DNA of 63,997 bases, the filler included, from Streblomastix strix (taxonomy: Eukaryota), in NCBI GenBank assembly GCA_008636045.1. It is 4 parts of 4 records of this genome, joined end to end, with 100 filler letters (N's around TTAATTAATTAA, not from the genome) between each part and the next. Parts side by side here need not be neighbours in the genome. Positions count along the whole stretch, not along the records: positions 32,497 to 48,638 come from SNRW01000870.1; positions 48,739 to 63,997 come from SNRW01001011.1; 2 more parts are not named here. The stretch is one strand, 5' to 3'. The notes below the pieces were generated by a model. The model did no database searches and was not told the origin of the DNA. It worked only from the letters and a program-made list of their open reading frames with translations. Below are positions 41,605 through 54,400 of the stretch, piece by piece. The stretch's first letter is position 1, and every line of letters starts with the position of its first letter. The position numbers were made by a program, and so were the translations under genes.

Positions 41605-42972
41605 TCAAATGTTTATATCAAACTTTTATAAATAAACTTATGATAATGAATCTATATTCTCACGAACTTTCTTGCAGTAGTATTTCGGTATTTCGACAAT
41701 AGATTAATTTTAGTGTTATGATATGAATTATCGTAATAGTTTGCATACTACATTTACATTCTTACATTCTATGAATTCCGCTAGCTCATTGAACTATCTT
41801 CTGCGCTTCATATAAGAAAAAGCAGTCTTTGATAAATCAAGATGAATCATCAATATATTACCTTGTTTAAAATTAAATAATCCTTCTGCATTTTATTCTT
41901 ATTTTATATCATTTAACTCTTGTACCTTCATTCTAATGAATACACCTTCTATATCTGAGTTATACTATACTTCCTCAGGCGAAAATTTATTACAATATGC
42001 TAAGTGTGGAGTCTTGTTATAGATATAGATTAACTGTTATAATTTTTCAGGATCAACAAAATCATTACTGCTTGTACCAAACCCATTTCGAATTGTTTTA
42101 ACAACTGAATCAACTATTCTATTGCGTTATGTGAACGGTGATCCTGTGAAAAAGCACTAAATTCCTTACTTTTCTAAGAATTATTGTACATACTTACCTT
42201 TGAATGATCTTTCACCATCTCCTCTTATATTAGTTACATACTATTAATTTATTAGTTTCTTCAATGCATTGATTACTTTAGATGCTGATTTATTAATAAC
42301 TGGAAGCACAATCAAATATTTTGTATTAACGTTAATTGCAAATAAATAATTCACTTCTCTATTTTTGTTATTTCGTTCATACACAAGATTAATCTCCCAA
42401 AAACCAAACTAATTACTAAAATATGGTCGATGAAATTACTTTAATGGTTTTATTTAATAGTCTTGGACTCTTTGATGAATTTCTTATAGTTCTACATTAT
42501 TGGTTTTTGCATAAGCTTTCACTTTAGTTTTCCAAGGAAATTTAACAATCTTAACTGTCTCATTTTCCGTTTCATTTTACTATTCTGCATATTCTTATTA
42601 TTCATCCCCATCTTCGATTGAATAGCCTTTGGCTTTTAATTTTATCAATTTGGAACGACCACTTTCCCCACGTTTTGGAACATTATATTACATAGCTTCT
42701 TGTAAGTAAATTTCATACCAGTATGCAATAAGTTTTTCTACAATAATTACCTTCTTTATATTATTCAATACCACTTATTATTCTCGTTTGTTCTTAAATA
42801 TTTTGAGTTGTGTTATGAAGCTCTATAGATTTAATAATTTGTTTTCGCTTGCTAGATGTGTGATTTATTGCTATATATTTAGTGCATCATTACCGGACTA
42901 ATCTGTATCTACAAAATAATATTTCTTAATAATATTGAATAAAATTTATTGCTCAGTCAGCGCTTTTGGCAT
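41605..42972 (-). pseudogene. Retroviral-type (rve) integrase of a Maverick-like virus
   Basis: RPYFS..FGFWEINL...YLFAINVNTKYL...NIRGDGERSF...SPFTQRNRIVDSVVKTIRN...YNKTPH. The first catalytic D is mutated to N. Frameshifts present. Confidence 0.88.
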
Positions 42973-43287
42973 TTGTTTCTTAGTAATTTATCTCAATCAA
43001 TGTGTGTAAATAATGGTAAAAATGTGTTTGAATCGTTGATATTAAGGATTGATGTTCCACAACTTTCCATTTTCAAATAATTGTATAGATTCCCCAGTAT
43101 TCTTAACAAATTGTATAAATTATGATAAATATATGCTGGAATCGTTGATATTAGGCGTTATTTGTCCTGAATGACCATTATGGTTAGAATCGTGGATGAT
43201 TGGGTCCAAAACATCGTGAAAAAGTTAAGGCTCAGGAAAAACATCATCATATAGTAGTGTCAATTAATATGGCAGATATCCAATTTG

Positions 43288-43419
43288 AGATTGTTCCAAT
43301 TGTTCCAATTATTCCACAAATATTCTAATAACTGGAGTGCATATACTAGAATCATAGGTAATATTACATAATTACACATAATTATATAAGTGGAACAATT
43401 GGAACAGATGGAACAATCT
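43288..43419. repeat. 30-bp inverted repeat built of triple 9-mer TTGTTCCAA units
   Basis: 43288-43317 matches the reverse complement of 43390-43419 at 27/30, with a 72-nt spacer. Confidence 0.85.
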
Positions 43420-43779
43420 TGACTTAAGTTTGTCGAAAACGTCTGCCTTCCTGCCATAATGCCATATCCTTCAATTTGAATCTAATTTTCAATAATTAAT
43501 GAACATTTAACCTAAATTACAAATATATGTGTGCCATAATAATCTAATTATCGCAGCTGTTTCAAAGATGACTTTCAAAATTGTTCCACCGTCAATTTCA
43601 CAAATATATTGAAGGATTTTCAAGAATCATTGAATCATTCAATTTTAAATCAAATCTCTATTTGGATAAAGTTAGTTACACCAAGGTCAAATAAAAATGA
43701 TACAGAACATACAAACATCTCTAGATCAATCCATATCCTCGACAATAAAGCTATTGCCTCGATACGTGACAGCGAACAA

Positions 43780-45774
43780 AAGAGACTTACAAATCAAAGA
43801 TATCTATGCGTTTTCGAATAGATGGACGAACAAAATTCTTCCGATACACCCTAATCCGAATTCTATCAAAAGTAATATCATATCTCAATATCAAAATAAC
43901 AATTGTAATAGCAATTGCTCTATGGTGGCCGGGTCAACCAAGACTTTTAAGCATGGTGACACAATCAAACAAATACCTTATCCTTGAAAAGTCAAGCCAA
44001 TGCCTAGTCAAGGGATTAAGCATGATAAATACAAAAAGTATTTTTACCACTTGAAAAGATAGCAGCATTCCTCTTGGACCAGAAGTGGATAATAGGAGAG
44101 TCGTCTTAATTCACATGCTAGATAGAATAAGACTTTCTAAAGGAGCTTAGTAATTGCTAATCAATGAACAGAGATTCAAGATTTAGGGATAGTGCTTATA
44201 CGCAATGAGAACTTTTGCAGAATTCTCTTACATATACGGTTTTATTATCGACAAATTTCTCTAGTTAAGCCGAAGCTTTTTACTTTTAGAAGCTATAAAT
44301 CGGTTTATAAGATTGAATCCTAGTGCATCGTTAGCAAACACCCTCCTACCTTACATAAACACAATGTTCTCCATCATATTTGTTACATTATAAATAATAC
44401 ATACTCTATCAAAACTGGCGCATAATGCAGTTTTGAATTGAAGAATCACAAATAGAAAATACTCTAACTTTTTTGACGTAATGCAGGTATTTGACTGTTA
44501 ACACTCACTATGTGATGATAAAGATTTATCAAATACAGAGATACAAACGAAACTTGTATCGTTATTACTCTCCATATTTTTCATCAGAATAAATGAGGCA
44601 GCCGAAATAAACTTAACCATTTCGAAAACAAACTATAGATGCAAAATAGCAACATTTTGTTTGTTACCGAAATATAACAATTCGATTGAACAAAATAAGA
44701 TAAGAAGAACAGGAGATCCAAAGGTCTGAACTAATTCAACATTATTCAATTGGCATAATCGTTTAATTTGGTGTTATTGGATGGGCCTTAATAGTTTTGC
44801 TAATTTTTTCTGTAATATGATAGATAACTTACAGATAAACAACGAATCGGTAACTGACTAAACTCCATATTACGCGAAATACGAATCCGTGGAGCAACTG
44901 CGTATTCATTTGAACAAGCAGCATCAATAAAACTTGCTAGACAAGCATTGGATACAATAAAGTTAAACATTTTTAAACACCACTGTGTATTTTCGAGAGC
45001 AGCAAGCAACTACTATATATATGTCGCTAATGCAGGGGTTAATGATTTCACGTTTTAGCTCACAGGAAGTCACTGCCAAAGCTTCTCTACTTAAATTACT
45101 TTGTAATAAAGAGGTTGAGCAATTGAACGAAATGATATAAGTACACTTCCATGGTGTTACTAGTAACGCACTGGTAACAATACGTTATCACGGAGTTCAA
45201 TTGCTCAATCTCTTGCCTTCAGCTCTATAAGACCCTACCCGTCGGTCGAGGAATTGAACCAACCGACAATTCAAGAGCACGAAGCGATGCGATAAATATT
45301 GATCAATATTTCAATGACAATAAATCTAGATAACATGACTAATGGAGAAGTTGGAATGATGACGGATTGGAGCATTGAAGAAGTTTTGATAAAAATAAAC
45401 AACAACAATGATAAGAAAACATACAACAAGCAATAGTAACACGGGAATTTTTATTTACTGCGTGACGTATTTTGTGAGGCTTTTTGTACGAATTTAATAT
45501 TCTTTTCTCACTCTAGCAACAGCGAGAATACTATGGTGAGTGAGTGTTTTTAATGTTTTCCTCATATATTAATTCATTTTTCTTTAATTGTTTAAATCTC
45601 TTTGTTATTCTTCCATTAAGAGAGATTTTCAGATTCACCGTATATTAACGTTTCAAGCTTTCTTTTACTTTTAAGTAATGGCCGACCTATAGAGATGGGC
45701 AGCTCGTGGAAACGTCAAGTATTTTACGACAGAGTATGGTTGTCTTGTAACAAAGAGGTTGAGCAATTGAACTC
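43780..45774 (+). mobile_element. 3' half of a DIRS-like tyrosine-recombinase retrotransposon (methyltransferase-like remnant, YR, terminal repeats)
   Basis: AFSNRW..ILPIHP, ALWWPGQP, RRTGDPKV and GATAYSFEQAASIKLAR...LNIFKHH..SRAASNYY. Direct and inverted copies of AAGAGGTTGAGCAATTGAAC lie downstream. Confidence 0.8.
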
Positions 45775-47254
45775 AATATTAACGAACAATTGACAAAACA
45801 AGTCAAATATAATAATAATTTGTTAAAATTAAAATGTTTTTACATTATTTCCTTTTATTTTTATATTAATTTATTCAAATATATTTCACCAAAGTTGTTT
45901 CTTGTCTATAGATCGTGATTGCCATGGTACGCTAATTCTAAAGCTTTAAATTGCTTTTGAACGTTTAAAAAAGTAAATTAATGAAATGGATTTTGAAAGA
46001 TGAGTATCAAAATGTATAAATTAATGCGAAAATATTTGAAGAAAAACGGACAAAATTACGATTTAAGTTTTGAAATTCATCCAATTAGAGTTAATAAAAA
46101 TATAAAATAAACGATAAAATAATAATGTTGAATTTTTATTTTTGAGAATATTTAAATGAATTATAATCCGAATCACACCTTTGAGCTCAAAATGTGGAGA
46201 AAAATGCAATTTTGAAACATAATTTCACTAAACTGCACGCACAATTTATGTGTATTTTGGAGCATTAAATGATGAAGAGTATTTGTTTTCATACAATAAG
46301 TAATAAATTAATTACGATTGAATACTTAAAATATAAAAATTTTCTTTTTAAATTAAAAAAAAAAACTTTTAATAAAGGAATTTTTTATTAGTTTAATTTT
46401 ATGAAGTGTTTCTTTCGCATTTTTCTTGAATGAAAGTGCTTTACTTATTTCAACTCTCATATCGCCGCACTTTCATCTTTATGGTCTAATATAACCAACG
46501 AATTTATATTTTTTTTTATTTTTCATCAAAAGATTATTAAAATTATTAATACAAAGTTTCTTCAATTTATATTAATTATTACTATTTTTAAATAATACTA
46601 TTCGTATTGTAATTTTTCCAATTACTATTTTAGAAAATATAATATTTTTTCAATAAGTTTATAACTATTATATATCAATGTTTTTTTTTCCAGTTGTTCT
46701 GCGATCTATTCTAGTTATTAGTTTTATTCCTAAAGTTAAATCAAATCATTAATTCGAAAAAAAAACTTTACATTTTTATAAGTCACCTTTTTGAATAAAT
46801 TACAATGCTCCTTATCTAATTAATTAGATTTATTAAATTCAATAAAAGTATCTAAAACAAGTGAATTTATATAAAAATAATTATATGAATTATTGTCTAA
46901 AATATTAATTAATTAAATTCTATATTTCATGTATCTTTTTAATCAACAAAAATTAAGCAATATATAAAAATCAGAAAATTTTGGAGTTAAATAAAAAATT
47001 TAGCGAGATTACAAATAGCCAGTAGTCAATTTTTCCCATTTTTAGTATTTCTTTGGATAGATCTTGACTATTACATCACTGTTTACTATTATCTAACTTG
47101 ATGAAAATGCTTTGCCCAGAAGATATGGCATGGGCAATTTATCGATTTTTGATATCTATTGATTTTTTAGATATATTTTTTTCTGCTTTGTTTTTAAGTA
47201 GATTTTGCTAATTATAGTTCAATTTTGCTAAACTCATGTATTTCATTAATAATT

Positions 47255-47395
47255 AGGGTTATGGTCTAAATCTAATGAGCTTTGCGTGCCTTTTTGAATG
47301 ATGAGTTAGAGTCTAGGTCGAATGAGCTTTGCGTGCCTTTTCGAATGACGGGTTGAATACAAAAATCTTGAGCTTTGCGTGCCTTCTTCAAATGC
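47255..47395. repeat. Degenerate ~47-bp tandem repeat (3 units)
   Basis: TGAGCTTTGCGTGCCTT at 47276, 47323 and 47369. The intervening segments are also alignable. Confidence 0.85.
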
Positions 47396-47826
47396 GATTT
47401 TACCATTAAAAAGTATAAAACTTAACTCTTAAGCTAAGCGTTTTTATCAAATTCGAAATTAGCAAACAGTGATATATTAATTATAATACATCTAATTATT
47501 TACAAATTATAAGTAAAATCGCATGCCGGCTATAAGAAAACTTATTAAAAATTTTTTTTGATTTTATTTTGATTTTATTGTTATTTTGAAATTGATAAAT
47601 TAATATTTTCATATATTTTACACACTTTCATTTAAAATCTAAATAAAAAGGATTAACATTATCAAACTGCTTAATAAACTAAATTTCGTAAAATATTAAA
47701 TTTTTAACTATTTAGCCATATCCAGAGTGAAGATAAACTTATAAAGTCTGTTAAATATTATAATAAAATTCTCCACAATTAATAGATAATTATAGCTTTA
47801 AATATACTAATGCATTCCTTTCTTAG

Positions 47827-48556
47827 ATGGGAGCGAACGAATCTTCAGAAATTGATCCAAACAAACGGGAGCGCAGCATTCCAACACTTGAGTTAGCTAA
47901 GAAATCAGCGTAGGAGCTTTGTTTTGCAAGAATGAGCATACGGTCATATGATGAGAGCAAGTCTATTGATAGCACAACACTGGAAGCAATCCAGATGTTT
48001 TTAAAAGATCCAATTAAGATGACATTTCCAAAAGAAGGAAGTAAGGCATAGCGTATTGAGCTGTTATGTAAGGATGAAGCTGTTAAAGGGAAACTTGGAA
48101 CATATGGAATTATATCAGGAGCTAAGTATTTTCTTGTTGGAATTACCGAAAGCGAGGAAAGTTCTTTGGAAATAGGTTTTGTCTTTGAAAGACTTGTATT
48201 ACTTTGTACATCACTTGGTCTTGGGACTTGTTGGATTGGTGGAACTTTCAATAAGTCATAATTCAAAGCAAATCTTACTCTTAATGAACATGAGTAGATT
48301 TTTGCCGTATCTCCAATTGGATATCCACTTGACAAAGAAAGATTAATGGGACGTGCTTTTGCTTCTATTTCAGGTCATAACAACAGAAAACCATTCAATT
48401 AAATCTGCTTTAAAGGATTGAATTATGATGAAAATAATGGGTTTGAATCACCTGAAAGTGTGGGACCTATTGGCATTGCACTCGAGGCTGCAAGGTGGTC
48501 ACCATCAGCTGTTAACTCACAACCATGGCGTTTGTTTGTACAGCCAAATAAAGATG
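47827..48556 (+). CDS. Nitroreductase family protein (TM1586-like, duplicated domain), first exon; gene cut by the contig end
   Basis: RMSIRSY...GKLGTYGIISGAKYFL...GFVFERLVLLCTSLGLGTCWIGGTF...AVSPIGYP...RKP...LEAARWSPSAVNSQPWR. In-frame TAG/TAA read as Gln. GT donor at 48557. Confidence 0.9.
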
Positions 48557-48638
48557 GTATGCTTAAAATTACATTCTAATTATTTTTCACATTTTTATTT
48601 GATTAAAAGACTCAAGCAAGTCTTCTGTTCACTTTTTC

Positions 48639-48738
48639 NNNNNNNNNNNNNNNNNNNNNNNNNNNNNNNNNNNNNNNNNNNNTTAATTAATTAANNNNNN
48701 NNNNNNNNNNNNNNNNNNNNNNNNNNNNNNNNNNNNNN
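48639..48738. other. Artificial contig-joining spacer
   Basis: Identical spacer. The flanking contigs are 16147 and 16142 nt, consistent with length-sorted concatenation. Confidence 0.97.
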
Positions 48739-50876
48739 GATTCACATAAATTCAGCCTTGGTTGAAACCTCGGGATGTTGAACTGCCATCTGGATTGACT
48801 GTTGGATAGGTTTTATATATCTTAGTTAGTTATTTATATATTTATATTATTCCAATATATTTATTTATTATACTTATATATATTTATTTATATTGCATAT
48901 TAGAATATACAATTGAAAAAGATTTCATTAACTACTGGACTTACTTCACCACCAGAATATCTTACTGAGGTTAATTAATTATTATATATTAAAGTATATA
49001 TATTTAATCTTATCTTATATATTTAATTTAATAATTATTTATTATTGTATTTTATAATTATCACTGTTTTGAACCATAAAAGTCCGATCTTATCACATTG
49101 ATGGAAAAGAATGGAATAGGTAAATATTTTCAAATATATATAAATATACTGAAATTAATTTAGATTAAAAATATATTAACTGTTTAAAATATTAAAATAT
49201 TATTTATTTCTTCAACTTATTCATTATTAATCTAAATTTTCAACAATCAATTATAATTTCTATTTTACATTTAGGAACGGACAGCAGTATACCAACACAT
49301 GTCAATTCTGTTATTCAACGAAATTATGTTGAGGTAAAGAAAAATTATTAAATTATATTTTTCTTCATATTTTATTATATATCATTATAGGTTCGTGGAA
49401 ATGCACGTCATATGATTCCAACTCAATTAGGCATCATGCTTGTACATGGATATCATCGTATTGATCCTGATTTAGTTCTTCCTTCAGTTAGAAGGTATTT
49501 TTCATCTTAATTTATTTATGATTATTTTAATAAATATAAACAATTTATTAGATAAATAGAAACATTGATAACATTAGTTGCAGAAGGAAAAGCATCTAAA
49601 GAAGATATACTCGCTCACTCAATTGCAAACTTCAAAACCAAGTTCATGTATTTTTAGCTGAATATTAATTTCATGGACGAACTTTTCCAATCCTCATTTA
49701 CCAAACTTGAAGACAGTGGTAAACCATTTACATAATGTGGATAATGCAAAAGATTCATGAACTTGATTCAAACACGAACTACCAGACTTTATTGTTCAAC
49801 ATGCGACTTAATCTGCAAACTTCCAGATGGAGCAGCTCCATTCATTGAAAGACCTCAATAAATATGTCCTCTTGACGGATTCAAATTAGTTGAATGCAAC
49901 TTCAAATAATAAATTCCTTCATAACAATAACAATAATCAGGATCAGGATCAGATTCAAATTAAACTCAGAATAATAATAAAACTTTCTGCATCTGCCCGT
50001 ATTGCTATAATTTCCCTCCTGAAGGACTAAAATTGAATCCAAGAGGATCATTAGGAGAAAGAGGAATGAGATGTTAGAGATGCCCTAATTAATAATGCTA
50101 ATATGGACGAGAGATGAATATGGTTATTTATTATGATATATTAAATTATTAATTTAAAACTTATTTTGATTATTATTTATTATAAATCAATTTGATTAAA
50201 AATTATTTAATTTAATTATCTATTATAAACTAATTTGAATATAATTTATTTTATATTTCATTCTTAGATTGGACCTTGCTTTCGTGAAGGTGAATGCAAT
50301 GGAGTTCTTGTATTAGATAGTACTTCTCATCCAAATTGGAGAATGAATTGCACTGAATGTTAACTATAAGTGACATTCAACAAAGAATTAGTTGCAAGTG
50401 TTCAAGTTAAGTGGAATGGAATATGCAACGTATGTGAATAAATGAAGTAAATTGTTGTATAACTGCGTAAGAAAATCGAACTGCCACAAAAGAAGAAAGA
50501 ATAACCATTACATCCAAATCCAAACACTTAAACAGAATAATAATAAGAATAAGAATAAATCCCATCAACTACAATCTCAGAAGATGGAACATTAATAACG
50601 GGATGCTTAGATTGCAGTGAAGAGATCCATAATATCTGTCATATAAATGAGAGTGAATCTCTTTAATATAATAATAGATTTGGCAGAGGTTAATTTAGAG
50701 GAAGAAGGTCATTTAGAGGAAGAGGTCATATTGGAGGTTAAAGAGGAAGAGGTTCATTTAGAGGAAGAGGAAGAAGTAGAGGAAGAAGAGGAAGAGGTGG
50801 AAATAGAAATAGGAATGAAGATACAAGTGGATATGAGTTTGTTGGAGGGAAGAAGATATTTAATCCTTTCGCATGA
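48739..50876 (+). CDS. TOP3B: DNA topoisomerase III beta, 3' exons
   Basis: TSPPEYLTE/SDLITLMEKNGIG/TDSSIPTHV...PTQLGIMLVHGYHRIDPDLVLPSVR, FKTKFMYF, CxxC zinc ribbons (CGQCKRFM, CPLDGF, CPYCYN) and an RG-rich tail. Multiple GT-AG introns. TGA at 50874-50876. Confidence 0.95.
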
Positions 50877-51446
50877 GTTAGTTATATTATATAAATATTA
50901 GTATTAATACGTTTACTGGAATAAATTAGAAATTTGCTTAAAAAGCAGGATAATCCTTTAGTTTTATTATTATAAAATCTTATGTTGTAAACTTAATTTA
51001 ATTTTAATGTAAATGTTGCTCCTACAATTATTTCCCTTTCTTATCAACATCCAACATCAATTGAACCTTTAAATGTTCATGAAAAAGCACAGATAAATTC
51101 TTCTAATAAAAATATTTAATTTCGAAACTTTAACATAAAAAAATGATTAAAAATATTTAATCTCTAAAATTTATTAAAATAAATTGAATAAACCAAGAAA
51201 ACTCTAATTAAATTAAGTAAAAGTGAGTTGATTAAATAATGTTAAGCAAGTTTAGTCTAGAAATATACAATTTAATGTTAGGATAAAATCAAACTTTATC
51301 TAAAAATATATGAAAGTGTTTTATCAATTCAAATTTGTGATTAAAATAATATTCAAAAGGAATAGCATGATATCATTATGCAAAGAAATAAGTTAGAAGT
51401 AATAATAAATTGTTTAAAAATTTGGTTTAGATTTCAATGAGAATTA

Positions 51447-54400
51447 TCAATAATATCTATTTGTTTCATCTTTATAGAAATTAATAAACTCTTTTTTTCT
51501 GTAATTTGCAACATATTTCAAATTTTACTAATTCTAATCCTTTTACTCAAACAGCAAAGCTTCAATTTCTTCAATTCCTGACTCAATTTCAATCTATTCT
51601 TAAATTTCCTTTTAAAAAACAGACATCTTATCTGATTTTTTATCAATGGAGTTAAAAAATTGCATTGAATATAAGGTACATTCAATCAACCAATGCGATC
51701 CAACTTTTTCGTAACTTTCCATTGATATGCATATAATCATCTAACTTATGAACCCTAAATTAACTATTTATTCAAATCCTTCATCTCCTCCAAATTATAG
51801 AAAAGTTCTAAGAATATGATAAGCTTTACTCCTGATACTCTACAATTGATCTTTATTTACTTCATTGCAGTTATGGACTTTAAGTTTGGAGAGATTTGCA
51901 ATTATTGTCATAAGTCCTGAGAATTTAGCAGCAGATTTGCAAATAGAATGATTATTAATAAAGAGAGTATGGCAAAGTGAGAGAGCTTATTCGACTACTG
52001 ATCCAGATGATAAAATAGACTCTTCCATAATTTTATCAATTTTGTTTAGATTAATAAATTATTATGCATATTCAAAGAATGAGATAAAGATCGGATAAGT
52101 ATGAGACATTATTTAATGTTTTTCAACAATAAAATCTATAGTATCATCTTATCTTTTATTAATAAGTTTGTCAAGTTCATGATATGCTTATGCTTATAAT
52201 TCATTAATTAAATCTGATTTTGGAACTTTTATGCAAAATGGGCAATTCAATTATTCATCACAATTCAAGTGTATAAGTTGAACAACATATTTAAATAAAT
52301 TACCCCAACTTTGGCTATAACGATCATTCGAATAACAAATTGATCCCAGAACTTGTAGGTTGTTTGTTGCCCTTTTCATTTCTTAGTAAATTTTAATGTT
52401 TTTCTCAATTTGTTTCTTATCGTTTTTATTTTCTTCATTAAAAGATTTGAGATTATTAATAAGAGCATTAATATTCTTTGAGAATATTTTTGTGAACATT
52501 ATAATCTGTTAACTTTCAATATAATGATTCTTTCTTATATATAATAATATTCTTGATAACTGAATATCAAATGAAGAAAAGGAAGATTAAATTTCTTTAG
52601 TATTCTCTCTCATAATTGAATCTTCGAGAAAATCTTCAATCATTAACTAAAGTCCACATAATTTGAAAACATCTTTGAATATATTGTCATAATGCTTGGC
52701 ACCACGCTTTACAATCGCTTCTGTCAGATCTACAAGTTTGCGCAATTGGGAATATGCACAGTTATACATATGTTTGACAATAGCACAAAAAACATCATCA
52801 TTCATTTTCTGCTTAATTGAACCATAATCCAATATTTGAATAAGGATTTGGAATGCATCAATATATAATTAAGAAATAGACGAAAAATCTTTTGTTATGA
52901 AAAGGATTATCAATTAATCTATTATGACAATTAACTTTTCTTTTTCTGAAGAATCAAGAATTAATTTATCTTACATTTCAATTTAATTGTCTTTGTATTT
53001 ATTAATAATATTTATACATTCATTCTCAGATATTTCTGAATTATTAGAAGAAGAATGAGAAGAAATATATGAATTCAATTAATTTTAATAAGATGGATCA
53101 TGATTTTTCACTGGAATATCTACTCTACAAATATGCTTATATTTTTATGCTTAATCAACTTTCCATTATTCTCCCCATTATAACCCTATTTAATTATCAA
53201 TTATCTTTACTGAAGAATTAAAAATTTATTCAAATTTTACAACTTCAAATGATGAATTTTTTTCTTTAAGATAAGCCTATATTTAATATTATTTATATAT
53301 AAATAAAAAATAAATTATAGTAACAAGAAAATTATATACATCAATCCTTTACTTAATAAAAATGCATACAAAGAAACGAATTGAATCAGGAACACCAATA
53401 ATAAATATTGGCATTTGAACATCATATACAAAGAAATGGAGTGTATGCGGCTATATATTCATATTAACTTCAATGCCAACTCTTTACCCACAGAAAAATG
53501 CTGAATTTCCTTCAATCTTATTATTTGACACTAAATTATAAACTTCACCACTGAATTATATTGGAATAATATCATTAACAAAATTTATTTAATATTAGAA
53601 GAATAATAAATAAATATGTAATTAAAATCATACAATTTACTCGAATAATAAACTGCAGCTCCTTTCTCTAATTTTAATATTAAGAATATATTATCAGTAT
53701 TTTAATTAATACACACATTTCTTCTATTTAATAATAAAATTCATACTTTTTGGAGCTAATTGATTGCGTTCAAAGCACTCAGTGGAATTAACTATTCCAA
53801 CAGCTGAATAATATTTAAATATATTTTAAAATTAAATAAATGAATGAAAATATTAATTATGATTTAATATTAATCAAACAAAATGATTCAGATTTGTGAT
53901 TCTTGAAAACAGTCTCAAAACGAAATATTCCATTTCGACTTTAAATTATAGGATTAAAAGTAGTTAAGCAATAATTATAATTGTATTATGTGTGAATAAT
54001 TGTATTTTCTTCAACTTTGCAATCTTATTCTTTTGACTCAATGAGAATAGGATCTATTGATTTTATTCTATTCTAGTCAATTTTACTTTAGTCATCCTAA
54101 TAGCCAAAATTTGTTTTAAATTAATCAATTACAGGAGGAAGATTAAAATCATTATAAATATTTCTATTTGGATCATTCCATTTCTTTCCATATTCAAATG
54201 ATTTTGATCCATGTACTCCTTTTGCTGTTGAATGATAACGACGTTCAAACTTTGATACTTTAAATGATGAACCCTATTGTGAAATAGAAACCTTTAAAGA
54301 ATAATTGATATTAAAATAAAAAATAAAATAAAATAAAGTTAAATTAAAAATAAATAATTATAATATGAAATATAGCATACAAAGAAACGAATGGCCGCAG

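Larger units (their letters stand above)
32497..43460. mobile_element. Endogenous Polinton/Maverick-like dsDNA virus (partial, decayed)
   Basis: Dense, apparently intronless block containing protein-primed PolB, retroviral-type integrase, a capsid-like gene and fibre-like genes. The left part is cut by the contig end, and the right boundary is approximate. Confidence 0.88.

Noticed and set aside
47274..47395. CRISPR-like repeat-spacer array
   Set aside because: There are only three units, the 'spacers' are ~20 nt and mutually alignable, there are no cas genes and the context is eukaryotic. It is a degenerate tandem repeat.
47823..48335. 170-aa minus-strand ORF in the ORF track
   Set aside because: It is the antisense shadow of the nitroreductase. 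Many other listed ORFs are likewise shadows or TAR-truncated fragments.
50647..50901. Glu-rich ORF
   Set aside because: It is an alternative frame of the RG-rich TOP3B tail.
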